From contig JAGIQG010000040.1 of assembly GCA_024679065.1 (NCBI GenBank), forward strand, positions 8,928,001 to 8,991,421: 63,421 bases of DNA, given 5' to 3'. This document shows positions 24,430-38,227 of this stretch, in pieces. Below the pieces are notes generated by a model. It had not been told where the DNA came from and ran no database searches. It saw nothing but the letters and a program-made list of their open reading frames with translations. A program made the position numbers and the translations under genes. The DNA is from Sphyrna mokarran (taxonomy: Eukaryota). The stretch's first letter is position 1. Every line of letters starts with the position of its first letter.

Positions 24430-24652
24430 CAGAAGTTCCCCTCCAAGCCGCTCACCATTCTCACTTGGAAATATATCGCCGTTCCTTCAGAATCGCTGAG
24501 TCAAAATCCTTCAATTTTTTTCCCTAATGACATTGTGGGTCTACCCGCAGAACACGGACTGCTGCGATTCAAGAAGGCAGATCACCACCACCTTCTCAAG
24601 GGTAACTAGGTATCGGGAATAAATGCTGGCCAGCCGGCGACGCCCATGTCCC
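24430..24652 (+). mobile_element. LINE/Deu-SINE-type 3' tail
   Basis: acttggaaatatatcgccgttccttc...caagaaggcagatcaccaccaccttctcaagggtaactagg...aataaatgctggcc. Confidence 0.7.
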
Positions 24653-25370
24653 AAGCAGAAGTAGGCCATTCAGCTTCTAGGTCTTGCCCCACCATTCAGT
24701 TAGACCATGGTTGATCTGGGCCAAATTATATGTGCCTATCCTTGGCCCACATTTCTTGATACCCCTGTTAGTAAAAGTGGATGATAGATATGAGTCTAAT
24801 AATTGAACCAACACCGAATCGCCTTTGAGGGAGAGAGTCCCAGAAGTCCATCACCACTCGCTTTATGTGGAAATGCTTTCGATCAACTCTTCTGAACGGC
24901 TTGGTCCGATTTTTTAAATAATGGTCCTTTTTATCTTAGAACGTTAAACTTTTGAAAAAATAAATCTTTATCCGTCCTGTCCTACCCCGTAAATATTCTG
25001 TAGATTTATGTCAGAGCACCCCTCATTTTTCGAATTCGAAAGAAAACGTCCCAATTTGTCTAATTTCTCCTCGCAACTTAAAACCTGAAGACAAGGTATA
25101 ATTCTTCTGAACCTGCGTTCAACTCGTTCTATTGCTAAAATGTTCCCAAAGGTTTGGTGTCCATACCTACACACAGTTCGCTAGGTGGCTCTAACCGGGA
25201 TTTTGTGCAATTGCAGCATGGCATCTACATCCCTACACTCCAGTCCTTTAGATACGAAGGCCAGAATTCCGTTGGCCTCCTTGACTATTTCCTGCATCAG
25301 TTCGTGGCATTATTAGAAGCTATGTACCTGAACCCCCAAATCTCGCTGGCTATCCATTAAATTTAACTTT
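24653..25370 (-). mobile_element. old CR1 LINE 3' fragment
   Basis: Minus ORF 24968..25174 contains AIERVERRFRRIIPCLQVLSCEEKLDKLG. Confidence 0.75.
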
Positions 25371-26189
25371 GTGCGTTGTAAAAATATCTTAATCTATCAT
25401 TTGGATATTTGAATTTTTGTGCCATTATCTAAGCCGTTATGAATAATGTAAATAATTGAGATCCCCAAAGATAGATTCTTGCACGACACCACTTAACTTG
25501 CATTATTCAGCAACATTTACAGTTCGTTGCACCTTAGATTCGTGCTCCTTCCACAGTTGGGGATGTGATGTTATATTTATAGGTGTGAATTCTTGATGTA
25601 TTAATGTCATAGATCATAGCTGACTGCGACCTTTTTTTGCAGTAACTGCAACAGATGGAATTAAAATCTTTATTTTTTATATTGCATGAAGAAGGCAATG
25701 TCTCAATGAATGCTACATTGCACCATGTGCTTATATACACATATAAAATAATGTACGCTGAGTGTGATTAGAATATATTATATTATACGCCATCCTGTTT
25801 AAACACATACTGCACCAGTGCATGTCAATGTATACATCACACAATCACTCGGATTCGTATTTTTACAGTTAGGGTCCAACTTTGCAGTTCTGCCACATGC
25901 AGTCCTGAATGGTGCTATATAGTTGAAAAAAAACTGCAGTAAGAGCCTCAAATAAAACCCCCATTCTTAATGATGGGGGATCCCAGCAAAAGGGAAAAGA
26001 AACAAGACCGAAACAATTGCTGCCATCTTCAGCCAGAAGGTTCAAGAGGATATATCATCTTGGTCTCCTGTGATGCTTCAAGCATGGAGCATAAGAACAG
26101 GAGTGGACCAATCAGCCCCTGGAGCCCATTCCGCCATGCAATCTGATCATAACTGATCTGTGGCCTAATCCTGTACTGAAGTCGTTGGG

Positions 26190-27600
26190 CAGTGCAAAGA
26201 TTAAGGGTCCTGACAGTATTTCAGGAATGATAATAATGATTTGTGCTGTGGAGCCAGCTATTCCCCAGCAATCTATTCAAGTATAGCTACATCACATCCC
26301 CAAACAGAATATTGTGGAAATTGGCAGACATGCCCTGTTGCAAAAGGCAGGACAAATCCAACCCGACCACCTGTCACCTAATGATTCCAGACTCCATCAA
26401 TGTAATTGGAAGTATGAAGGATGATCCAAAAAAGTAATAATAACATAATAATAATAACAATACTGCTACAACTACAACTAAAAACAATTGTTCAATGATG
26501 CTCTGTTTTGATCCCACTAGGAGTAGCAGGAGGATTTAATCTTAGTCCAAATATAGTGGAAATAGCTGATTTAATGATGTGTGTTGAGGGTGTCTATACT
26601 CGACACAACACTTTGACGGGTTGTGGCATCACGAAGTCGAGCAAAGTCGCAGCCAATGGGGATCTGTGAAAAAAAAAATCCATCAGTTTCAGTCACACCA
26701 GGTTCAGTGTAAGATAGCTGTGGTTATTGAAAGACAATCATCTCAGTTACAGGACATTGCTGAAGGAACTCCTCAGGATTGAGTCCTCGGCCTAATGTTC
26801 TCACTTTAATATGAGCTCAGAAGTGGGATGTTCACTGATGATTGCGCAATATTCAGCATATTTACAACTCCTCAGGTACTGAAGCAGCCCGTGCCCATAA
26901 GCAGCAAGAATTAGAAAGCGTTCAGACTTTGGCTGTAAAATGCCAAGTGACATTCACGCCGCCCAAATGGCTGGCGATGACCTTTTCAAGTAAGAGAGAT
27001 CCCCAACATCTCCGCCTGTCATTAAATAGAATGACTACATTCTAAAACATCCACTATCATGATTTTGGGAATTACAATTGATTAAAAAGTGAACTGGGAC
27101 AACCATGTAAATAATATTGCTACAAGAGCAGGTCAGAGATTGGGAAATGTGTGTGGAGTAACTCACCTCCTGACTTCCCAAACCCTATCCCCCATATTCA
27201 GGGCAAAAGTCAGCATTGTGAGTTAATATTGTCCACTTTACTGAAGTATGGCCCTGCGACAACACACAAGTTCGACACCACCAAGTAAAAAGCAGCCGGT
27301 TCAATTAATACCCAACACCACATTAAACATACACTCTCTGTGTCACAGATGTGCAAATCTGGCCTGTGAGCGGCATACAACTGGTATAGCAGCAACATAA
27401 TCTTTCAAATGCAGCTTCGAAACACATTAACCTTGATACTTAAAAGGACAGGGGCAATAGCTGCATAAGAACACAATTACCCTGCAGGTCTGCATAAAAC
27501 CCACACTTGACTGGGATCTATATCACTGTATTTCAATGTCCATAGATGAAAATTCTGTAATTCCCTTCTTAACTACACTGTGAGTATATTTACTTACACC
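26190..27600 (+). mobile_element. decayed LINE RT fragment
   Basis: ggaactcctcaggattgagtcctcggcc (GVPQGSVLGP-like), gatgttcactgatgattgc (MFADD-like), aagagcaggtcagagattggg. Confidence 0.7.
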
Positions 27601-28506
27601 ACATATTTAACCGACACATGCTGGGACACTAAGGATAGTTTAGTTTGGTCAGCTTATCTTACTCACACATCATTGGACTGTGGGAGGAAACTGGAGCAAC
27701 ACAAGAGAATCCATACAGACATTTAGAGAATTTGAACTTCTGGCTCCGGAACATTACTTCAAGCTTCTGGAATATTATCTTGATAACGATAATGTTGCTG
27801 TATTACTCCTTAGACTGAAATATCACCACACCTAATAATGGAATAAATGAACATTTAGCACTGGTTCACATGTTCGATCATAAAGTCAATCATCTGTTGT
27901 GGGAATTGAACACATTACCATTTGACTCGAAACTGATGTTGATTCCACTGAGAAAAGGCTGTTAATTGATCACACTTTGAGTTTTGCCATTATGACATTT
28001 AGTGCAGTGCATCTAAATTCTGAAATCTGTGTCCAATATTACACTGGTGCATTTAATTGTCAGAAACAAGTCTTCTCCTGGCCTTGATTCTTACACTGAC
28101 ACGATGGAAATGATTAATGTGAATTCTTTTAAAATTCTATCAATTCCTACAATGTCATCGAGAAACATACGAGGCAGAAGCTCTTACACAGCTTCATGTT
28201 AATCATGCATGAACTGCACTATCAGAACAACTGAACCTGAGTTTTTTTTTTTTCCCCCCTTGGAACGGAGTAGCTTATGGGAGATTTAGTATAACATTTC
28301 AACGCTATGAACGGGAATGTGTTACTCATTAAGAAAAACATATTATCACTGGCAAGCGGGCCAGTTTACAGAAGACACTGCTTTATTAATTGTGAATTAA
28401 CTGAATCATCCCTCTGATTACATTACACCAGTCCATACTTGTATTTATTCTGTACAAGATCCAATATTTATTTATATGACAATAGACGCTATCTGGAAAT
28501 GTTATT

Positions 28507-29345
28507 ACAAAGAACAAAGAACAACAAAGAGCAACACAGCACGGGAAACAGGCCCTTCGGCCCAACGAGCCTGCGCAGCCGTCCTAACGTCTTAATGACA
28601 TAACCATGACTTTTAGGCTATGCCTATTGTGGAAGATTCCCATATAGGGACCAATATAGGGACAATTTATTATCCAATCAGCCTAAGAGCACATTTTTGG
28701 GATGTGGGAGGAAACCGGAGCACCCGGAGAAAACACACGCAACCACGGGGAGAACACGCAAACTCCCGCAGACACAGGCCCAAATCCATGCGTCTGCACA
28801 GCATCAGCGATAGTCTCTGAGCTGTCAGGTTGCCCATCAGATGGTCCAGTTTAAGCATACACGAACGACGTAAAGCACTAGGCAACTCCTGAAGCAACAT
28901 CCAAGAGCAGCCCTCGCACGACCTGCCGAATGCATGCACCTTGTTGGTCAACAAGGTGGACCGAATAGCCTGTGGAAACAAATAAGACAGTATTAAACAT
29001 GCGAAAAACTCAGGGATAGACATCCCTGAGACAAAACTAAAAGATATTCTAATACTATTTGGTCGTCTCAAAGCTCCCGATATTTAGACAGTCCTCTATC
29101 TGCAGACCGCTCATGTGGCTGTCCAAGAGACCCTTAAACAACCCTAGCGTGCCTGCTCCCACCACCTTACTCGGCAGTGCATTCCACACCCCCACTATCC
29201 TTTGTATGAAAAACTGCCCTCTAATATTCGTCTTATACATAGCCCCCCTCACCCTAAGCCCGTGACCCCTCGTTCTATCCATTTCTAATGGTGGAAAAAG
29301 CTTACCACCATTTACTCTATCTATACCCGTCTTAATCTTGCACTT
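28507..29345 (-). mobile_element. CR1 LINE 3' end with long SINE-core-containing 3' UTR
   Basis: Minus ORF 29055..29378 (GIDRVNGGKLFP...TRGHGLRVRG...WNALP); UTR homologous to 3775-4220 and 42402-42860; (acaaaga)n tail. Confidence 0.9.
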
Positions 29346-30379
29346 ATTCAATTCTCTCTTTTTCTCTCTCTCTTTCATTCTCCTTTCTCAGTCAACATCG
29401 CAGTTCATCCTCCCTGATTCATAACATTAGATCATATATCGTTACTATTGAACTAGGTTATGATTTTTTGGAAGAAATGGTTGACCTTTTCTAATTGGTT
29501 TCCAGAATGGGCAATGCATATGTGTATATTTTACTAAGTCCTGACTTCAGATTTATCACACTGTACCTCCTTCAGTTATTACTGCATTTTACCATGTTAA
29601 TACTTCATCTTGCACAGGAGTTGTCTCAGTAATGTACGAGGCCATGTCTCTTTTTTTTTCTTTCTTAAAGCACTGTATTTGTGTGGACCACACAATTGAA
29701 GTTTAATTTATTAATGCACTGGACCTTGTTTCTATAAGGGCTACAATTAATCCGATCTCAGTTGTTACTGTACTTGACAATATTCAGTGCAATAACACAT
29801 TTGGTGCATTCTTGTACAGTAATGCACTCGGCTATGTCTCTTTATATACCGCATTTATTTCATTTGAATTTACATTATTGCAATAAACCTTGAATCTGTA
29901 GACACTAAATTATGCGCCACTTCATTTATGAATACATGAACACATGCCGTGATAAATGCTGCAAATCATCACTTCTGAGCTGTTGTTGCATAGTCGAGAG
30001 TCCACTTACGTTATATGAAATTGTATCTCGGATATTATTGTGCTCGGCTCTATGAACGCATCCGTGCGTTACTTTGTATCACACTGAGTCCTCATAATAA
30101 AGCAGGCACTATTTCAATAATTGTTTTTCTATAAAATGCGTCTGATGGATGGAATGAAAGAAAGAGTGAGTGAGAAGAATAGATGTATATTAACGTAAAA
30201 ATCAATATAATTATGTGGATGAAAGGAGCTCATTAGTTATTGTTACTAACTAATAAGTGTCGCGTATGATACCTAATTGCTCTCATATTGTGTGTAATAT
30301 TTTCTTGAAAACTTGCGATGAATCGTGAAACATGTTTTTGTTTAAAGGGGATTGAGGAACAGATCAACCTTATGCCACG

Positions 30380-30570
30380 TTGCATTAAGAGGCAATTCAG
30401 CGTGGCCACTCCAATTAACCTTTACATCTTTGAACTGTAGGGGGAAAGTGGTAAACCTGGAGGAAACCCACACACACACGGGGTGAATATGAACACATCA
30501 CACAGTTACTCGTGCCGACATGGAACCTGGGTCAGTAACAGTGTAAAGTGCCAGTGCTAACCACTGTGTA
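30380..30570 (-). mobile_element. V-SINE/HE1-like SINE
   Basis: Reverse complement of head and V-domain (aacctggaggaaacccac...ccagtgctaaccactgtg). Confidence 0.7.
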
Positions 30571-33500
30571 AATAACTACAGTTACGTTTAAACATGCTAT
30601 GGGTAACTTATTCAGTATTTAGTTACACATTTCATGTCTCAGTCAATACCCAATGTTAATGAATTGTCCTGGACGCTCCTGAATGTGATGTACAGCTGGC
30701 CATTCCACTGTCAAGGCAATGCAGCTTTCAAATGACTCACTGATCTTTTCTCCTCTCTCTGTTTCAGACTGCAACTAAATTACATAACTTCTGCTGCTCT
30801 GTCAGTCTCCATTAATTCACTTCTACAAATGCACAGAAACCGATCTGGCTACTAGTTGGTGGGGGAAAAGTTCTTCTTTGTTGTTTAAGGCGCCTTGTGA
30901 CTGAAAAGATGAAGCAAAAAGTCTCATCAGAGGAAAATTCAGTGCCAGAAACAGGCCCGTTCACTCGCTTAATGTCTCTCCTCTATTTCTGTCACACTAC
31001 AAATAAAACACTGTAAGTTTCTACTTTAGAACACCTCCGACGGGAATAAATGGCTTTAATTTTCCCTCTTTTGTATTAGTGATAACCTTCAGTCCATTTT
31101 CCCTTCAATCAATATATGTAAACCCCAAATATGATAATTTTCTTGATACATTAAAATGGGAATGGTGGTGAATGTAATGCTGAGACCGGCAGCAATCTGT
31201 GTTTTCAGATCTTGGTGTTTTCAGAGTGAGTTCACCCTCACAGGCAGGAAGACTGTTCACGGTGATAACAACAAACGGGCCCCGGTTGTTTCATTCTCAG
31301 ATAACACAACTTCCTGTTTCATGCTGCCGCTTCCAAACCGCACATCTCACTTCTGAGCAGAAAATAAATCCAGGGACCACAATCTGGTGAGAACATCTGT
31401 CAGTGCGGCCTATATCTGTCCACAGAGTCAGGGCAGAATCACACAGATCACATTGCGGTGACATTTACAGATGAGTCTGGTGTGATCTGTTCAGAGTTTC
31501 CATTCCTGGACATAACTGGATGGATCACTGAGTTACCCCGGGTTCTGTGAAGAAAGGGAATGATAGTTATTATCTTTCATTGTTTGATCATTTTCTCTCC
31601 ATCTGCTATTTATTTTTTGTTCCCAAGCATTTATCTTTCAGTACTCCATTTTTCTTTCTCCGAACTCTCGGTGTCGTTCTCCACTCCTTGTCAGTCTTTT
31701 GAACACTTTTATTAGTATTTAAAATCGCGAAGCTGCGAGTGGGTTAAATAAAGAGAGAATATTTCAATTGGGAGGATGGTCAGCAACCCGTGGGCACAGG
31801 TTTATTTTATTGAGCAGAGAGACAGAAACGGGACTGTTTATTTTACACAAGTGTTGTTATGAACTAGAATGAACAGCTTGAAAGATTGATCGAGCTGATT
31901 TCACAGAAGCTTTGGAAAATAAATTAGATATGTTCTTCATGAGGCTAAAATTTGAGAATGGGACCAGTTTGATGATTCGTCTGTATAACTGTCCTGGCAT
32001 TCGCTTTGTGTCTCTCCCTATCATTCATTAAGACTGAATAAAATACATTTTTTTAACAGCTATTGTCTTTTCTTATATCTTTTGACAACAATTGTGTGTG
32101 TGTGTGTGTATGTGTGTGTGTGTGTAATTGCCAGGAACCATTCCGAAATTCAATTCTATTTACAAGCCATCACTTTGAACAAATGAGCATTGGATCGAAG
32201 TTGCCTACGAAAAACGCAGTTGCCCTTAACATTTATTGCACTGTTTTTTTTTCATCGGATGAAGAGTCTCATATTAGGTCCTAATTCTGTCTATAAATGT
32301 GAAACTGCCTGCAAGAATGAGAAGGAGCAGATTATTTTCTGTTCCTCTGATAGATTCGCTTTTGTTATCTCAGATAACAAAACTTTATGGAGTCCACCAT
32401 GATTAACACCCTTCCTCCAACCGCCCCACTCCTTGGGACTAACTGCTCTTAGTCTGGTGGAGTCAGTCACTCCTGCGATTGTCATATGATTTCCAGACCG
32501 TGCTTGGCACACAAATCCCTGCAAGGCCAACTCGACTAATACTATGTATCCTAAGATAAACGAGGGATGGGTTGTGTGCACTAATACAGAGACAGAGCCA
32601 AATGCAACAGATATCGATACACCTGTACTAATATGAGTGCAGTTCAGTCATTACTGAGAGAATGTATGCAGTATATTACTAAACAGTATGGTGTTTTCTC
32701 ATATAAACAGAGACATGTCATACTCAGTTTTGACAAAAGACATGGTCTATTTAGTACACGCAGAGACAAAGTGCGTTCTAATTTAAACTGAAACTGGTTC
32801 CAGCATGTCAGCGTTATCAGAAAATAGGGACATGATCTAGTGTGATATAATCAGAGATGGAGTCCAGCGGAATAAAAAGCGAGGCAACGCAGAGTAAAGC
32901 AATAATTGAGAAAGGATAGTGTGTAAAATGAACAGAGGTATGCTTTGGCTCATTAATAAAGGAGAAAGCATCTAGCGCAATAAAACTGTCACCGGGCCCA
33001 GTGTAATTTTGACTGATTCTGGCCATTGTGCAATATAAACTGAGACAAAGCCGATGCAGTAATTCCAAACCAAGCCTTTTGATTGATATATGCTTTGACA
33101 GGGACAATTGCAGCAATAAATAAATCATGAAATAGAATAATAATTACAGACAGGTTATTATTCGGTATAAATAGGGAGGTGGGCTAGTGCAGCTGTGATT
33201 GAGATATTGTCAATGTTTCTTTATACCAGGCAGTTCCAGCAATGTAATAACTGAGTTTGAGCCTCGTATAATGCAAACAGTAACATGTCCTGGTTCATTA
33301 TCAGGAGAGAGAGGGTCTAGTGAAGTAACAGCGGAGATAAGGAGTTTCATGTCATTAGACGAGAATGAATTCCGTGCTGTCATAACTGCCAGACTGAACG
33401 GTGTAATGTCAAATGAGGCTTGGTGCAGTATATAACAACTGGGGTTTTGCTGAGTACAGAATCAACTAAGAATTAATGTCAAATAATCTGAAATACGATT

Positions 33501-35231
33501 TTTTGTCATATAATCTGGGTCACGTTTAGGATGGACAAAGACTGAGTCTGTTATAGAAATGACCGAGATGATCATCTGGATCGCGTCGTGCTTAAAAAAA
33601 ACACTGTTTTACTGCCATCTCCTGGACTAGTTGTGCCATTGCAGGTGTTGCGAAATGCTGATTTCAGTTGCTGCTTCTTATTCTTTTATGAGACGTCTCC
33701 CAGCTGGTGAAGGCCGGCATATATTGGCAATTGGTAATACACTGAATTTACTGGTTTTCTAGAGCATAATAGAAGGCACATAATCGCCAAGCGCGTGTAC
33801 CCCTAGAGTTACCTCTGGGCTAAACTGGGGAATGTTGGAAGGTTTCATTTTCTGCAGGGCATTAGAGAATCTGATACATTTCTTGTCATGGTCGCAATTA
33901 CAGAAACGACCTTTAAATTCAAAATTGTAATTGCATTTTAAAACTTGTTGTAGTTGGATTTGAATATTTATCTTGAGAAATTTGACGACCCTCGGAATTA
34001 CTCTCGCAGAGATATTACCACTATGCCACTGTCTCCCTTTCAACATTGATGGACTATTTACAGCAGAGAAGGCCATTTTGAATCGTCATGTTATGTATTG
34101 GCCCTATAAAGGGTCAATTCATCCAATAACAATCTGTACCCCACAGACCAGTATTTTGTTCGTTTTCAGACAACAATTCAATCCCAATTTGAAACCATTA
34201 ATTGGCGCTGCCTACACGACACTTAAAGAGCACATTCCAGATCAGGATCACTCACTGTCCGAAAATGTTTTTCGTGATGTCTCCATGCTCCTTTCACCAA
34301 ATTATTTCAAACCACGCCCTGTGTGTCAAGATCTTTCTGCCATTGAACAGTTTCTCTCTATCTACTCTGTCAAGAACCCTCTTGATTTTGAATGCCTCAT
34401 TAAAGTCACATCAGCAATTTCCTGTCAAGGAAATTAGTCCGGAATGCTCCAAAGTATTTTGGTCACTGGAGTTTTTGATCTCTGGAATTTTTCTCTTGTT
34501 TTTCTTCCCCCTGCACCCAGCCTATCGACTTTACATTCTGCCTTTCGTTTGGTTGTCTATTTTCCAAATGTTATCTACAAATTTAACACAATTACCTTGC
34601 GTCTGTACTTTCCCCTCTAGATGAGTCACTTTTTATTTTACCCGCTGTCTCAACCTGCCTTGCACCATGAATGATTTGTGCACATCTTCACTCATGTCCC
34701 TCAGCGTCTATATTCAATTTCATAGCGTTTTCATTATATCCATTTGTCTCTTCACATTCTGTTTAACAAAACCAGTCATGTAACTTTTCTCTGCAATAAG
34801 TTAAATATCCAAATTACTCGTCCATTCCACCAATTAGTCACTTAGTTCATGGTTCCCCTCTCTTCCATTGGGAATCAGTATCCGTTAACTCTATTTCTCT
34901 TTATCTCTGGCTATTTTCCTCTGTCTCACTTTCTGCCTCCCATTTCCCCTTCATCTTCCTTTCAATACCGTATTTCAACCTCAAAACTTTCTTCTCTGTC
35001 TCCCTTTTTCATTCCCTGTACATCACCCTCGCCATTTCCTCTACCCGCTATTCCTGTCTCCTCTCGCTCTGCGAGAGTCTCTCTCTGTCTCTGTTATCTC
35101 TCTGTCTGCACCTGTTAGAAAATATTTCAAACTTTGTTGTTCTCCATGTCTTTGTGCCTTTCCCTCTGCCAATCTCTCTCTCTCTATCACTCTCACTGTT
35201 GCTAACACTGCCATCTCTCCCTCTCTCTCGC

Positions 35232-35274
<43 letters not shown>

Positions 35275-36419
35275 GTGTGTATGTAATTATTTCTGTTGCT
35301 GTGATGCTGTATTGTTGTTTACAATGAATATTAACAGGAAGAGTCAGGTACCTTCAGGTTGCAGTTTCAAGTCAGAATGTATTGAGATGAAGAATTGCAG
35401 TAAAGGGGTATTTCAGAAGGTCTTTTAGCTGCTTTCTAAAGTGAGTCTGTGTCACAGCATAAATGGCAGTGTTTGTGTAGCAACTTGTGAGTTGCAGCAT
35501 AAACCCCAATTCCATAACATAGAGATGTAACATCATCGACTGATAGCCCAAGCTATATATCCGACTCCATATTGAATAAAGCATTAATGTCCACCATAAG
35601 ACGATGAAATTCGCTGAGATGGCAAAGAGTAAAATGATGGATTTCCTTCGACTCTCCATTTCTGGGTCACTATGATTCTCCCCACTGCTCTGAGCCCGGA
35701 GTATCCTGCGGGCTCTGCTGCTCACTAAAATGTGCCTGACGGTGAGAGGAATTGAGCAGCAGAGTCAGAACAAATGGGACACACGGTGTTATAATGTTGT
35801 GGAGAAACTCGATTGTTGCCCAGACTGGAGAATTCACAACATCCCATGTGAAATCACAAAACCAGGGGTTGTTCACCAGCGCATATCTCTTTAATAACAT
35901 AAAATACCAGAAAATGTTCTTTAAAAAGCTCAGCACCATCACTGTTTCCAGAACCACAGCCGCTGATTTCTCAGTGCAATATTTATTTTTCAGCTTGGGG
36001 CAGCAAATTGCCATAAATCGATCAAAGGTGAAAGTGACGGTGAACCAGACAGAACAGTCAGTGGCTGCGTAAAGTAGGGCTGCGTGGATGTTACACACGG
36101 GGACTGAGAGCAGGAAAGAAAACCTTCCCCAATAAACAATGGGAATCTTTCAGAATATCAGGTCGAGGATAATAACCAGCAGATCCCCCACTGACATGGC
36201 CACCAGGTACCGAGTGACACATTTGGACAGACCACAGTTTCTGCTCATCAGTGTCACAATTGTGATTATGTTCACTGTCAGGAAGGGAAATACAGAATAA
36301 AATTAGATATGATTCACGGAGATTTTACTATTCAAAATGCAGATGGATCAAAATTTTAAAAGAGTTTGCACAAACACTGTATTGAAAAAATCTCCTTTTG
36401 ATGAACCAGCACGTCTTTT

Positions 36420-36570
36420 GGAGTCCGAGAGAATGTGGAACATCTGGAGGAAACCCACGCAGACAGGGGGAGGAAGTCCAAACTGGACACAGACAGTGAT
36501 CGAATCCTGGGATTGAAGCCAGGTCCCTGATGTTGTGAATCAGCAGTGCCAACCACCGTGCCACCATGCT
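36420..36570 (-). mobile_element. V-SINE/HE1-like SINE 5' part (mirror of 57620-57775)
   Basis: Reverse complement of ggtggcacggtggttggcactgctgattcacaac..cagggacctggcttcaatccc. Confidence 0.75.
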
Positions 36571-38227
36571 GCTCTATGGTCCGTTCGAAATGATATTCAT
36601 TTCGGAAAGACTTTTCTGTGGATTCCTCAACATTGACCCTCACTCAGCTGCAGGTAAATAGTCTCTCTACCCTCTTGGGATTTGGAGAGTGAGAAGGCTG
36701 TGGAGGTAATCATGAGAGAAAATTCAGAGTGGAGTCCTGTGGGTAGCAATCTGTGAACTTTCAGACAGCTTACTGACAACCCCTGCAGCAGAGCTGGTAC
36801 CAAAGAGTGCTGGTTTCAGCCTTTCCTCTGGAAACTGCCAGCAGTTGGCAGTGAAACATTCTAATGCCTCGACAGCTCAGAATCTCTGTTATATTTACAA
36901 AAGACTATATCCTGGAGAGGAGACCACAGCATTGTGGTCACCGTTTACACAACACAAGAAGAAATAGTAACCCCACACTCAAATGACACAGAACACTATT
37001 ACCAGGGTTTGCTTTCAAAGCTTCAGGTTTCAGTGTATAGCTACTGTCAATTGTTCCCAGTGTATTTGCAGCTGGCCCACTATGACTTACTGGACCAGTG
37101 AAGCTCAGTAAGTCCTCTTTCAGTAGGAAAGTTGCCGATCTGTGCACCAGATAAAAAAAAAACTCCAACCAAGGCCATTACCAAAGAAAAATCAAGCAGC
37201 ATGCCTTAATGACTATTGTCCAGTGACACATATAAGAACACAGGAAGAAGTCATTATCTCATACTCGAATGACACAGAACACAGCCACCAGGGTTTGCTT
37301 TCAAAGCTTCAGGGTTCAGTATATAGCTATCATCCATTGTGCCCAGTGCATTTGCTGTTGCCCCCTATGACCTACTGGAGCAATGATTCATGCCATACCT
37401 AATCTTAATCATACCAGCTGACCAGGTGGCTAGGATAAGTAAGAAGCTTCTGGAGTTTGTGGGAGCTTGGAATGGCCCAGGGTGAGGCCTCGAGTGTTGG
37501 AGTAATGAAGTTTCTTTATTAAAGCTTTTTGTTTGCTTTACAAGTTGGAGTAAAATTTGTTTCATTTTATTGCCAAGAACTAAAGAATCCCTTCCAGAGC
37601 GAATGGGGCTGTCCCATAGGGGCACCGTCTGCACCTTTAAAAAAATCCAAAGTTACAAGAGCTTTTCGCCTCTATTTTGTTTTCAGTGAATCTATGACCT
37701 GATGTAAGTTGGCCAGATGGTAGCAGGCACAGCACAATTCTCCAGTGGAATAGGCCTTCTGGATAATTGGCAAGTGAATCCTTAACTATCAGGAGCACAA
37801 CAAATATGATACTACGCAGCCCCCTTCCCTCTTCCCATTACCTCCTGTACGAGCTGCATCCCCAGCCCATGCTCTAACCCATTACTATTCAAAACTCTGC
37901 CTGTCTCCTCAAGTTAATCATTTGCTAACATCCACCACATTCTCAGGTAATGAATTCAACAGATTCATCACTCATTGAGAGAAGTGATTTTTCCCCATGT
38001 CTGTCTTAAATCTAACTGCTTCAGGTGATCGAGCCCTGCTTCTGGTTGTACTCAAGAACTGGTGGATCTGCCCTAAATGTAGTTGTGTTTTTTTTATATA
38101 ACCCTAATGATTAATCAACAACCCTGTACTCAGATTGGCTTGAGGTTGGCAACAATAATAACTAGAAATAGGTCCCTTTTAGCTGTGTGTTTTATTTAAA
38201 TTCATGGGCTGGCACAATGCAAAACCA

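Noticed and set aside
35752-36072. ORF antisense to the GPCR (also 58115..58480)
   Set aside because: Shadow frame of the GPCR coding strand, shared only because of the duplication.
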